The position numbers and the translations under genes are program-made. Shown one piece after another: positions 8,375-16,933 of a DNA stretch of 64,000 nucleotides. The stretch comes from Oscillospiraceae bacterium. Lineage in GTDB: Bacteria > Bacillota > Clostridia > Oscillospirales > CAG-272. Location: the NCBI GenBank assembly GCA_015064025.1, contig SVSZ01000002.1, positions 186 through 64,185 of the forward strand. The letters run 5' to 3'. Numbering within the stretch: position 1 is the first letter of the stretch; every line of letters begins with the position of its first letter. The notes under the pieces are model-generated. The model ran no database searches. It saw nothing but the letters and a program-made list of their open reading frames with translations, and was not told where the DNA came from.

Positions 8375-9142
8375 ATGGACGTTCATCTTTTATCAGATTT
8401 GATCATCACAAGGATCCATTCGGTGTCCACCCTGTACACTCCCGAGAACGCCAAAATAAAAAGGAGCGACCGCGGGTGCTGGGCGCTCGTCTGCAAATAT
8501 GAGGGAGAAACGGTTTATACGTCGGGGAAAGAGCGCCTTCTCTCGGATCTGAATCACGTTGTGCTTCTTCCCAAGGGCTGCTCCTATGATTGGCTCTGCA
8601 CGAAATCGGGGCATTTTTGTATCATAGAGTTCGAAAGCGCGCTGACCGCATCCGCACCGATCTCTATTCCGGTAAAAAACGGAGAGAGGATCTTAAAAAT
8701 GTTCCGTGATCTGGAACACAAACGAAATCTGAAAAAGCCGATGACCGCGCTTGAGAGCATACGGGACACCTATTCGATCCTCCTTGCGCTGACAGAAGCC
8801 CGAAGTGATCGGTATTTCCCCACCGAAAAGCAGCTTAAGATCGCTCCTGCCGTGGAATATATCTCCCTGCATTATAACGAGCACATCACAAACGACGGAC
8901 TCGCCGCCGTTGCGGGAATGTCAACGGTGTATTTCAGAAAGCTGTTTACAAGCGTCATGGGCGTCTCTCCCATGGTCTACGTTCACAATCTGCGCATCGA
9001 AAAAGCCAAGGAAATGCTGAAAAGCGACTACGGCACGCTCTCCGATATCGCGCAGTCCCTTGGATACCCAAGCCTTTATTATTTTTCAAGCGCCTTCAAA
9101 AAGCACACGGGCGTTTCCCCGTCAAAGTACGCAAGCAGATAA
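8375..9142 (+). CDS. AraC family transcriptional regulator
   Basis: Start at ATG 8375 after AGGAGG. The C-terminal double HTH is ...HYNEHITNDGLAAVAGMSTVYFRKLFTSVMGVSPMVY...LGYPSLYYFSSAFKKHTGVSPSKY. Confidence 0.85.
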   Translation: MDVHLLSDLIITRIHSVSTLYTPENAKIKRSDRGCWALVCKYEGETVYTSGKERLLSDLNHVVLLPKGCSYDWLCTKSGHFCIIEFESALTASAPISIPVKNGERILKMFRDLEHKRNLKKPMTALESIRDTYSILLALTEARSDRYFPTEKQLKIAPAVEYISLHYNEHITNDGLAAVAGMSTVYFRKLFTSVMGVSPMVYVHNLRIEKAKEMLKSDYGTLSDIAQSLGYPSLYYFSSAFKKHTGVSPSKYASR

Positions 9143-9205
9143 AAAAACGACGGCAAACAGCGTAGCGCCCTTAAGGACACTACGCTGTTTGCCGTCGGGC
9201 TTTTT
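9141..9205. terminator. Bidirectional intrinsic terminator (AraC gene / upp convergent)
   Basis: Perfect 18-bp stem cgacggcaaacagcgtag (9148-9165) / ctacgctgtttgccgtcg (9180-9197), with an A-run before and a T-run after. Confidence 0.85.
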
Positions 9206-9233
9206 CATCTCACACGCCGACGTGTGTAGCTTC

Positions 9234-9875
9234 TTACTTCGTTCCGAAGAGGCGGTCACCCGCGTCTCCGAGACCGGGGAGGATGTATCCGTTTTCGTTG
9301 AGGCACCTGTCAAGCGTGGAGACGTAGATCTTCACGTCGGGATGCTCCTCAGCAACACGGGAAACGCCCTCGGGAGCACCGATGATCGCCATAAAGCGGA
9401 TCTCCTTACAGCCACGCTCCTTGAGAAGCTGGATGGCGTCACAGGCACTGCCGCCCGTCGCCAGCATGGGATCCACCACGAGGACGAATTTTTCCTCGAT
9501 CCCCTCGGGAAGCTTGCAGTAATAGGACTGCGGCTCAAGGGTCTCCTCGTCGCGGTACATACCGATGTGCCCGACTCGCGCAAGCGGAAAGAGCACGTGA
9601 ATACCGTTGACCATGCCAAGGCCCGCGCGAAGGATGGGAACGATGACAACGGCATTGTCCGCAACGATCCTCTGCTTGCAAACCTCAAGCGGGGTCTTGA
9701 CCTCGATCTCGGTCGTGGGGACGCCGTCCTTGAGGCATTCGTAGGTCATAAGCGTGGTGATCTCCTCTACCAGCTCACGGAACTCCTTCATGCTCGTGCG
9801 CTCGTCGCGCAGAATGGCGATCTTATGTCGGATCAGAGGATGATCGAAAATAACAACGTTATCATATTGCTTCAT
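9234..9875 (-). CDS. upp: Uracil phosphoribosyltransferase
   Basis: 213 aa. Contains VIFDHPLIRHKIAILRD and the PRPP-binding motif VLVVDPMLATGGS. Confidence 0.95.
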   Translation of the reverse strand: MKQYDNVVIFDHPLIRHKIAILRDERTSMKEFRELVEEITTLMTYECLKDGVPTTEIEVKTPLEVCKQRIVADNAVVIVPILRAGLGMVNGIHVLFPLARVGHIGMYRDEETLEPQSYYCKLPEGIEEKFVLVVDPMLATGGSACDAIQLLKERGCKEIRFMAIIGAPEGVSRVAEEHPDVKIYVSTLDRCLNENGYILPGLGDAGDRLFGTK

Positions 9876-9878
9876 GGA

Positions 9879-11369
9879 TCAGTTCTCCTTTTCGTCCTTG
9901 GACACTCCGAGCTTACTCTTTTCAACCTTACCCAAAATCGCGTTTGCAAGGATACCGAGAATAAGCGCCGTTGCAATGGAGGTCACCTGAATGGTGCTTG
10001 CGATCGCACCGTTGTCTGCCAATGCGTAGGGGATCTGAAGGGTCAGTCCGCCGATACCCGAGATGAGGATCACGGAAACAACGAAGAGATTCTTGTTGTC
10101 CCCCAGATCCAGATCCTTGAACATCTTAAGACCGGAGATCGCGATAAAGCCGTAAAGCGTGAGACATACACCGCCCATCACGCATGCGGGGATGGTCTGG
10201 AGCAGCATCATCACAGGGCTGAAGAAGGACAGGAGCAGGCACATCACCGCAGTGGTGGTGATGGTGATGACCGACGCGTTTCTCGTAATGGCAACGCAGC
10301 CGACCGACTCACCGTAGGTGGTGTTGGGGCAGACGCCGAACACGGTTCCCGCAATGGAGCCGACACCGTCACCAAGCAGGGTTCTCTTAAGTCCGGGCTC
10401 CTCGATCAGATCTCTGTCAATAATGTAGGAAAGGTTCTTGTGGTCCGCAATGTGCTCCGCGAACACGACGAGTGCCACAGGAAGGAAGGCAATGACGACC
10501 TCCGCAATGCCGCCCACCGTCAGAACGGTCGCATTCGGATTGGCTACAAGCACCTCACCCGAGATCTCACCGCTGACAAGCTCCTCGATGCCCTTGACCA
10601 GTGCAAAATCGGGAACACGGAAGAAGGCTTCAATGCCGCGGAAAGAGCCGTCGGCAGTTACGAAATTCTCAACAAGAGGCGTCCAGTTGATGATCTTGAG
10701 ATAATCAAGATCGGCAAGATTTCCGATCACGGTCAGAACAGATGCCGTGATATAGCCCGCGCAGATACCGAGAATAAAGGGCACCAGGCGAGGCATCATG
10801 TATCTCTTCTGTGTGGAGCAGATGATGACCGTCATGAAGGTGACAAGTCCGCAAAGAAGAGCGAGGAGATTGTAACCCGAATAGACGGTGGGAGCGCTTG
10901 CCTTGACGATATCCCCCATCGCCGCGCCCGCAAGAGACAAGCCGATGAGCGTGACCGTGGGGCCGATGATGACGGGAGGCATGAGCTTGGAGACCCACTT
11001 CGTTCCGACAAAATGAATGACCAGCGCGATGACGACGTAAACGGCACCCGCAACGATCGAGCCGAGCACGATACCGCAATAGCCGTACGCCAGAGCAATG
11101 GAAAGAGAATTCAGGAACGCAAAGGAGCTTCCAAGGAACACAGGGCTCTTGAAGCGTGTAAAGAGCTGGTACACAATGGTACCGACGCCCGCACCGAAGA
11201 TCGCCGCAGGGATCTGTGCGGGAATGCCAATGATGGTAGGTACGGCAATCGTTGCCGCAAGGATCGCCAGCAGCTGCTGGAACGCAAAGATGAGTAGGTT
11301 GCCGAATTTCGGCTTGTCGTGGATGTCGTAGACCAGATTCTTCGCCATAAAACCGTCCGCCTTTTTCAT
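9879..11369 (-). CDS. uraA: Uracil/xanthine permease (NCS2 family)
   Basis: 496 aa, multi-TM, with NCS2 signatures (FQQLLAILAATIAVP, TYGESVG). It lies immediately upstream of upp. The start could instead be the ATG at 11348. Confidence 0.85.
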   Translation of the reverse strand: MKKADGFMAKNLVYDIHDKPKFGNLLIFAFQQLLAILAATIAVPTIIGIPAQIPAAIFGAGVGTIVYQLFTRFKSPVFLGSSFAFLNSLSIALAYGYCGIVLGSIVAGAVYVVIALVIHFVGTKWVSKLMPPVIIGPTVTLIGLSLAGAAMGDIVKASAPTVYSGYNLLALLCGLVTFMTVIICSTQKRYMMPRLVPFILGICAGYITASVLTVIGNLADLDYLKIINWTPLVENFVTADGSFRGIEAFFRVPDFALVKGIEELVSGEISGEVLVANPNATVLTVGGIAEVVIAFLPVALVVFAEHIADHKNLSYIIDRDLIEEPGLKRTLLGDGVGSIAGTVFGVCPNTTYGESVGCVAITRNASVITITTTAVMCLLLSFFSPVMMLLQTIPACVMGGVCLTLYGFIAISGLKMFKDLDLGDNKNLFVVSVILISGIGGLTLQIPYALADNGAIASTIQVTSIATALILGILANAILGKVEKSKLGVSKDEKEN

Positions 11370-11431
11370 TATTATTTGACAAGCCGCGTCTGTTCGCCAT
11401 TGGGGGCACCCCGCCGCTTGTCATCCTTATC

Positions 11432-11460
11432 ATTCTACCACAATCGTCGACAAAAGTCAA
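11432..11460 (-). promoter_or_regulatory. Sigma-A promoter of the uraA-upp operon
   Basis: On the minus strand: TTGACT, 17 nt, TAGAAT with an extended -10 TG (TTGACTTTTGTCGACGATTGTGGTAGAAT). Confidence 0.65.
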
Positions 11461-11497
11461 CCGCTTGTGACAAAAACATTCCTTGCGGGCAAGTTTT

Positions 11498-11607
11498 CGT
11501 AGTGAGCGAAGCGAACGTTGGGAGGATGCCGCCCTGCGGTGTGGGGAGGAGTGGGCGGCAAAGCCGCCCACTCACTGCCGCAGTTTGCTCCGCAAACTCG
11601 CCGCAGG
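11498..11607. repeat. GC-rich hairpin-module repeat cluster, related to 15..67
   Basis: cgtagtgagcgaagcgaacgttggg matches 39..67. ccgcagtttgctccgcaaactcg is the inverted counterpart of 18..42. There is also a strong hairpin gagtgggcggc-aaa-gccgcccactc. Confidence 0.6.
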
Positions 11608-11610
11608 CGA

Positions 11611-12342
11611 TCATAACTGCGCAGTGCCTTTCGTGCACTGCGCTTTTTTCCTCCTCGCCGCCAAGCGGCAATAAAACGGCACACTGGAAAAGCCCACGGC
11701 GTGTGCCGCCTCCGCGTGCGAATATCCCGCCTTCACAAGCTCCTCCGCGCGGTCAAGACGGATCTCATTGCGGTAAGCAATGGGGCTTTTACCCGTCGCC
11801 TCACGAAAACGCAGTCGGAAGTGGCTCTCACTCAGGTAGCACATCGCCGCATAGTCCGCCACCTTGCACTCCTCCGTCAGGTGCGTCTCTATATAGCGGA
11901 TCACGTAAGGGATCCCGTGCTTCCCCTCTGCCGCGCCTACCTCGGTCAGATGGTGGAGGATCCCGTAAAGAAGCGAAAGCCGACGGTAGGGCGGCAGAGC
12001 TTCCCCTCGGGAGGCTTCCTCGATCAGTGCCGTGGCGTCTTCATTGGCAGGATAGCGTCGCGCGGGGGCATCGGGCGCTCCCGCATAGCGCAAAAACAGG
12101 AAAAGGCGGATCTCGTTTTCCTCCCCAAGGTATTCCGTTTCGCTCTCGTACCCCGCGCAAAGATAGACGCACTCCCCTGCCTCGGCGCGGATCACCTCCC
12201 CCGCACAGCGGATAGCGATCGCCCCGCGGCGCACAAAGATCAAGCGGTCCATTGGGTTGACGTCCTCATATCTGAATTTATAGCGGCGCGGCCGCAGGAT
12301 CCTGCCGACACGCACCTCTCCGATCACAGGCGTGTTTTCCAT
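11611..12342 (-). CDS. AraC family transcriptional regulator (cupin + HTH)
   Basis: 243 aa with an N-terminal cupin-like domain and the AraC HTH (YLSESHFRLRFREATGKSPIAYRNEIRL...). The last ~20 codons run into the hairpin repeats and lose family similarity. Confidence 0.75.
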   Translation of the reverse strand: MENTPVIGEVRVGRILRPRRYKFRYEDVNPMDRLIFVRRGAIAIRCAGEVIRAEAGECVYLCAGYESETEYLGEENEIRLFLFLRYAGAPDAPARRYPANEDATALIEEASRGEALPPYRRLSLLYGILHHLTEVGAAEGKHGIPYVIRYIETHLTEECKVADYAAMCYLSESHFRLRFREATGKSPIAYRNEIRLDRAEELVKAGYSHAEAAHAVGFSSVPFYCRLAARRKKAQCTKGTAQL

Positions 12343-12456
12343 CCTTCCCCCTCCCTTCTTCCTTCATTGTACCGCCAAAAATCAAAAAAGTCAACACGAA
12401 AGCCAAAATAGTGCAAAATCCCGTCGAATCGTGCAATAAAACAAGCCGATCGTGGA

Positions 12457-12485
12457 TTGACACACGCATGCAGGAGAGTTAAAAT
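12457..12485 (+). promoter_or_regulatory. Candidate sigma-A promoter of the GH39 gene
   Basis: TTGACA (12457-12462), 17 nt, TAAAAT (12480-12485). Confidence 0.55.
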
Positions 12486-12515
12486 AAGAACATCAAAAAG
12501 CAAAGGAGAACGCTT

Positions 12516-14024
12516 ATGATCAAAGTGCAAGCAACCCAAAGCCTTGGAACTCTGCGCAACTTCTGGAACCATATCCACTTCCACCCCACCGACGCCATCG
12601 AGGACGCATGGGGACAGGCGATCCTTGACGAGGTCGCCAAGGACGGCGTCGCAGAGACCGTGCGCATGTACGCCATGCTCGAGGACATCGTCACCATGGA
12701 TGAGGACGGCACTCTCCAATACGACTTCACCGAGAACGACGTGCGTATGGACTATATCATCTCCCGCGGATTTAAGATCTTTTTATCCTATAATTATATG
12801 CCCCCCTGCATCACCGAGGATCCCATGCTGCTGGAGCACGCAAACAAGAAGTCAACGCGCTACAAGGGCAAGAGGATCAGCGCCGCAAGACTCAGAGACG
12901 ATGCGCTCTGGGAGGAGATCTGCTATCGCTATACCGAGCACATCGTAGAGCGGTACGGGCTTGACACCGTCAAGAATTGGTATCTGCAGTGCTATAACGA
13001 GCCCGACCATGCCAATTATTTCATGAAGGAGCTGGGTCCTCTTCCACAGAACCTTGCATGCAGACTTGCGGAATATCTCCGCCTTTACCGCGGCTTTGCA
13101 CGCGGCGTCTCCCGCGTCAGCACAGAGCTTTACGTCGGCGGTCCCGCATCGGCAGGCGATATTCCCTTCCTTGAGGGCTTTCTCGCGGCTGTCAAGGAGG
13201 AGGGACTCAAGCTCGACTTCTTCACAGGGCACACCTATGGAACGGGTCCCGATCTTCTGAATCGCGGTGAGCGCCCCTTTGCCGTAAAAAACACACTGAA
13301 CAAGGTGATCGAATATCAGAACGCACTGGACCGGTACTTTCCCGACGTTGAGATCGTCATCGACGAATGGGGCGCCGCCTATTCGGGCTTTTACGACAGG
13401 GAGGAATGCCCGCAGCTCCTCTTCCGCGAGGGAAGCGAGTATGCGGCGTATTACCTCAAAACGATCGTGGCGTATCTTGAAGCGGGAGTGCGCGTTTCCC
13501 GTCAGATGATCTGCCTCTCGGGTCAGCACGATCTTCCCTGCGATTTCTCGGGATGCCGCAACTTCATGGGACTCAATCTGATCAAAAAGCCGATCTACAA
13601 CGCCTACGCCCTTGCCGCGGGACTTGGGAGCACCCGCCTTCTTGCAGAGAGCGACGTAAAGGATCTGACCGCTCTTGCCACCGCACGCGAGGACGGCGCT
13701 CTTTGCCTTATGCTTGCGTATGCCGCAGAGCATTTTGACAAGGAGCTCCCCACCGTCACGGATACACTCACGGTCGACGGAGTCGGCGGCAAATACCGCG
13801 TGGTGGTGCATTGCATCGACAAGGAGCACACCAATCCCTATCAATATGCCCTCTCCCACGGATGGGGGGACCTGTTTGACAGTGCGCAGATCGAGGAATT
13901 GCGACGCGTGGGAACGCTCGTGCCGCTTGCCGACTATGAGGCAGAGGCAAACGGGAAATTGGAAATCCCGCTCCGCTTTACGACAAACGCCCTTCTTCGC
14001 GTAGAGCTGCTGCCCCTTCCTTGA
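12516..14024 (+). CDS. Glycoside hydrolase family 39-like (beta-xylosidase-type)
   Basis: 502 aa. Contains NFWNHIHFHPTDAIEDAWG and the catalytic CYNEPD motif. The RBS is AAAGGAG. Confidence 0.8.
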   Translation: MIKVQATQSLGTLRNFWNHIHFHPTDAIEDAWGQAILDEVAKDGVAETVRMYAMLEDIVTMDEDGTLQYDFTENDVRMDYIISRGFKIFLSYNYMPPCITEDPMLLEHANKKSTRYKGKRISAARLRDDALWEEICYRYTEHIVERYGLDTVKNWYLQCYNEPDHANYFMKELGPLPQNLACRLAEYLRLYRGFARGVSRVSTELYVGGPASAGDIPFLEGFLAAVKEEGLKLDFFTGHTYGTGPDLLNRGERPFAVKNTLNKVIEYQNALDRYFPDVEIVIDEWGAAYSGFYDREECPQLLFREGSEYAAYYLKTIVAYLEAGVRVSRQMICLSGQHDLPCDFSGCRNFMGLNLIKKPIYNAYALAAGLGSTRLLAESDVKDLTALATAREDGALCLMLAYAAEHFDKELPTVTDTLTVDGVGGKYRVVVHCIDKEHTNPYQYALSHGWGDLFDSAQIEELRRVGTLVPLADYEAEANGKLEIPLRFTTNALLRVELLPLP

Positions 14025-14055
14025 TATAAAAAAGCGAAAAAAATGCAAAAAAGCC

Positions 14056-14084
14056 CTTGACACGAGGACAAGTCTGTGGTATAA
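14056..14084 (+). promoter_or_regulatory. Sigma-A promoter of rpmG-secE-nusG
   Basis: TTGACA (14056-14061), 17 nt, TATAAT (14079-14084) with an extended -10 TG. Confidence 0.65.
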
Positions 14085-14243
14085 TGTCACTACCTCTGTC
14101 AAAGGGCTTTTTTGTTGTGCGCCAAAAATCGCACACACCGTCGTGCATTGTGCCACCGCGAAAGCGGATATGCCCGATGCCTTTCAGAGGGAGGTACACA
14201 GACACTCACGTGTCAAAAAATTTTATACAGGAGGTGCCGCTAA

Positions 14244-14405
14244 ATGGCTAATGATGCAAGAGTCAAAATTACACTCGCATGCACAGAGTGCAAGCAGAGA
14301 AATTATGACACAAAGAAAAACAAGAAAAATGACCCTGACAGACTGGAGCTCATGAAGTATTGTAAGTTCTGCCGCAAGCACACAACGCACAAGGAAACGA
14401 AGTAA
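14244..14405 (+). CDS. rpmG: 50S ribosomal protein L33
   Basis: This ORF is absent from the supplied track, being shorter than any ORF listed there. My translation is [53 protein letters not shown]. The RBS is AGGAGG. Confidence 0.9.
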   Translation: MANDARVKITLACTECKQRNYDTKKNKKNDPDRLELMKYCKFCRKHTTHKETK

Positions 14406-14438
14406 TCCTTGCAGTCTGAAAGAAAGGAATCAAGAAGT

Positions 14439-14945
14439 ATGAAAACAGGAACCCTGTTGACCCGTTGGGCAAGCGTGCTCTGCGCGTTGCTCCTCATGAT
14501 TTCCCTCTTTGCTTTGCCCGTGTTTGCAGAAGAAACCACCACAGCAGACGTCACGGAATCGACCGAGGCTGTCAGTGAGACGGAATCCGAATCCGCCGAG
14601 ACTGAGTCCTCCGATTCCAATGGCAACACACAGAAACCCGAAGAAGACGAGGGCCTTAACATCTGGGCGATCATCTGGATCGTGGCAGGCGCGATCGTTC
14701 TCATCGTTGCGGTCGTTCTCGGAATCAAGTTCCGTGCGAACATCGCCAAGGGTCTTCGCGTTTACAAGAGTGAGTTTAAGAAGGTCTCCTGGCTCTCCGC
14801 CGAGCAGACCAGAAAGAGCACTCTCGTGGTCGTGATCCTTCTGGTTGCCTTCGCAGCGGTCATCTGTCTGTTGGATATGGGGCTCTTCAAGCTCTTTGAT
14901 CTGATGCTGGATGCATTCAAATCACTTTTTAACACTGCAGGTTAA
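14439..14945 (+). CDS. secE: Preprotein translocase subunit SecE with a ~100-aa N-terminal extension
   Basis: The C-terminal ~60 aa match the SecE core (KSEFKKVSWLSAEQTRKSTLVVVILLVAFAAVICLLD), and the gene sits between rpmG and nusG. The N-terminus adds a signal-like TM, an acidic T/E/S linker and a second TM. Confidence 0.85.
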   Translation: MKTGTLLTRWASVLCALLLMISLFALPVFAEETTTADVTESTEAVSETESESAETESSDSNGNTQKPEEDEGLNIWAIIWIVAGAIVLIVAVVLGIKFRANIAKGLRVYKSEFKKVSWLSAEQTRKSTLVVVILLVAFAAVICLLDMGLFKLFDLMLDAFKSLFNTAG

Positions 14946-14950
14946 GCAAA

Positions 14951-15496
14951 ATGAGTGATATCAATGAAATGAACGTAGGTCCGAGATGGTACGTGGCACA
15001 CACCTATTCCGGATACGAAAACAAAGTAAAAGCAAATCTTGAAAAGATCATTGAAAACCGCGGGCTTGGACATCTGATCTTCGATATCAACATTCCCACC
15101 GAGGTCATCGTTGAAAAGAACGGTGACAAGGAGAAGGTAGTGGAAAACAAGATCTTCCCCTGCTACGTTTATATCAAGATGATCATGAACGAGGAATCCT
15201 GGTATGCCGTCCGTAACATTACGGGTGTCACGGGCTTCGTAGGCCCCGGCTCCCGCCCCACTCCTCTTACCGAGGAAGAGGTTGCCGCGCTCCAGATCGA
15301 GCAGGTCACCGAGGTCAGACTCTCCTTTGAGGTTGGCGATGCCGTCACCGTCGTCGGAGGTCTCTTTGAGGGATATAGCGGAACGGTACAGGCAATTTCC
15401 GACGATCTTAAGAACGTCACCGTGCTGATCAAGCGCGGAAACCGCGACATGCCCGTTGAGCTCGAGGCTACCGAGGTCAAGGCATCCAATTCGTAA
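14951..15496 (+). CDS. nusG: Transcription termination/antitermination factor NusG
   Basis: 181 aa. Has the NGN domain (RWYVAHTYSGYENKV) and a C-terminal KOW motif. Confidence 0.95.
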   Translation: MSDINEMNVGPRWYVAHTYSGYENKVKANLEKIIENRGLGHLIFDINIPTEVIVEKNGDKEKVVENKIFPCYVYIKMIMNEESWYAVRNITGVTGFVGPGSRPTPLTEEEVAALQIEQVTEVRLSFEVGDAVTVVGGLFEGYSGTVQAISDDLKNVTVLIKRGNRDMPVELEATEVKASNS

Positions 15497-15590
15497 AAAA
15501 TTTCCGGCAACGAAACCGTTGCACGTGGGAGGAAGAAAATTTTATTTTATCATTCTTCCGTAAAAAACCACTTTTGGAGGTATTTTAATC

Positions 15591-16016
15591 ATGGCAAAGA
15601 AAATTTTAGGTTATATCAAGCTCCAGCTTCCCGCTGGTAAGGCAACTCCCCAGCCTCCCGTAGGTCCGGCACTCGGTCAGTACGGCGTGGCAATCCCCGT
15701 ATTCACCAAGGAATTCAACGAAAGAACGAAGAATGACATCGGTCTGATCATCCCCGTTGTGATCACCGTTTATGCTGACCGTTCCTTCACCTTTATCACC
15801 AAGACTCCTCCCGCTCCCGTTCTGATCAAGAAGGCAGCAGGCATTGAGTCCGGCTCCGCAGCCCCCAACAAGACCAAGGTTGCGAAGCTGACCAAGGAAC
15901 AGGTTAAGAAGATCGCCGAGACCAAGATGCCCGACTTGAATGCGGCAAACGTTGAGGCGGCTATGAGCATGATCGCCGGTACTGCACGCTCCATGGGCGT
16001 TACCGTCGAGGACTAA
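15591..16016 (+). CDS. rplK: 50S ribosomal protein L11
   Basis: 141 aa. Contains [21 protein letters not shown]. Confidence 0.97.
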   Translation: MAKKILGYIKLQLPAGKATPQPPVGPALGQYGVAIPVFTKEFNERTKNDIGLIIPVVITVYADRSFTFITKTPPAPVLIKKAAGIESGSAAPNKTKVAKLTKEQVKKIAETKMPDLNAANVEAAMSMIAGTARSMGVTVED

Positions 16017-16030
16017 GGGGGTAACGAACA

Positions 16031-16726
16031 ATGGCAAAATTTGGTAAGAAGTATGCAGACAGCGCGAAGCTGATCGAAAAGACCCGCGCTTATGAAGTAA
16101 CTGAGGCTATGGATCTGGTTTGCCAGACCTCTAAGGCAAAGTTCGACGAGACCATTGAGGTTCACGTTCGTCTGGGTGTTGACTCCCGTCAGGCTGACCA
16201 GCAGGTCCGCGGCGCTCTTGTCCTCCCCAACGGAACGGGTAAGAAGGTAAGAGTTCTCGTATTCGCAAAGGGCGACAACGTACAGAAGGCTCTGGATGCA
16301 GGTGCTGAGTACGCAGGCGGCGCTGAATACGTAGAGAAGATCACCAAGGAAAACTGGTTCGAGTTCGACGTTGTCATCGCGTCCCCCGACATGATGGCAG
16401 TCATCGGCCGTCTCGGTAAGGTCCTCGGTCCTAAGGGACTGATGCCCTCCCCCAAGGCAGGTACCGTAACTCCCGACGTTGCTAAGGCTGTTACCGAAGC
16501 AAAGGCAGGTAGAATTGAGTACCGTCTTGATAAGACCAACATCATCCACTGCCCCATCGGCAAGGCTTCCTTCGGTGCAGAGAAGCTCAAGGAGAACTTT
16601 GACGCTCTCCTCGGCGCGATCATCAAGGCAAAGCCCGCAGCCGCAAAGGGTCAGTATATCAGAAGCTGTGTCATCGCTTCCACGATGGGCCCCGGCATCA
16701 AGATCAACCAGGCAAAGCTTGGCTGA
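16031..16726 (+). CDS. rplA: 50S ribosomal protein L1
   Basis: 231 aa. Contains [14 protein letters not shown] and [19 protein letters not shown]. Confidence 0.97.
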   Translation: MAKFGKKYADSAKLIEKTRAYEVTEAMDLVCQTSKAKFDETIEVHVRLGVDSRQADQQVRGALVLPNGTGKKVRVLVFAKGDNVQKALDAGAEYAGGAEYVEKITKENWFEFDVVIASPDMMAVIGRLGKVLGPKGLMPSPKAGTVTPDVAKAVTEAKAGRIEYRLDKTNIIHCPIGKASFGAEKLKENFDALLGAIIKAKPAAAKGQYIRSCVIASTMGPGIKINQAKLG

Positions 16727-16745
16727 TTCGAGTCTATCAAAAAAA

Positions 16746-16781
16746 AGAACCGCAACGCACCGTGCGTCGCGGTTCTTTTTT
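16746..16781 (+). terminator. Intrinsic terminator after rplA
   Basis: Stem agaaccgcaacgcac / gtgcgtcgcggttct followed by T6. Confidence 0.8.
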
Positions 16782-16838
16782 GACGCAAAGCGTTTGTCAA
16801 GAAAATAACACAACACCGCATTATTTTTAGAAAAGTAC

Positions 16839-16867
16839 TTGACAATAAAGAGAAAAAGGAATATAAT
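16839..16867 (+). promoter_or_regulatory. Sigma-A promoter of serC-serA
   Basis: TTGACA (16839-16844), 17 nt, TATAAT (16862-16867). Confidence 0.65.
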
Positions 16868-16933
16868 AATGGATAAGTTTTACTTTATCAAACGAAAGGG
16901 TAAAACTAAAAATATCCGGAGGATTTTACAATC

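Noticed and set aside
9060-11297. A 745-aa plus-strand ORF.
   Set aside because: It is antisense to upp and the uracil permease, both of which have unmistakable family motifs. Its product is low-complexity and rich in R, G, D and H, and it has no RBS. This is the usual stop-codon-poor antisense frame of GC-rich genes.
11370-11431. A PyrR-binding attenuator in the uraA-upp leader.
   Set aside because: The leader is only ~55-75 nt. It lacks the ARUCCAGAGAGGYU PyrR loop and has no terminator/antiterminator pair, only one imperfect hairpin.
15497-15590. An L1-binding autoregulatory leader upstream of rplK.
   Set aside because: Two small hairpins are visible, but I could not recognise the conserved L1-binding mimic of the 23S rRNA from sequence alone.
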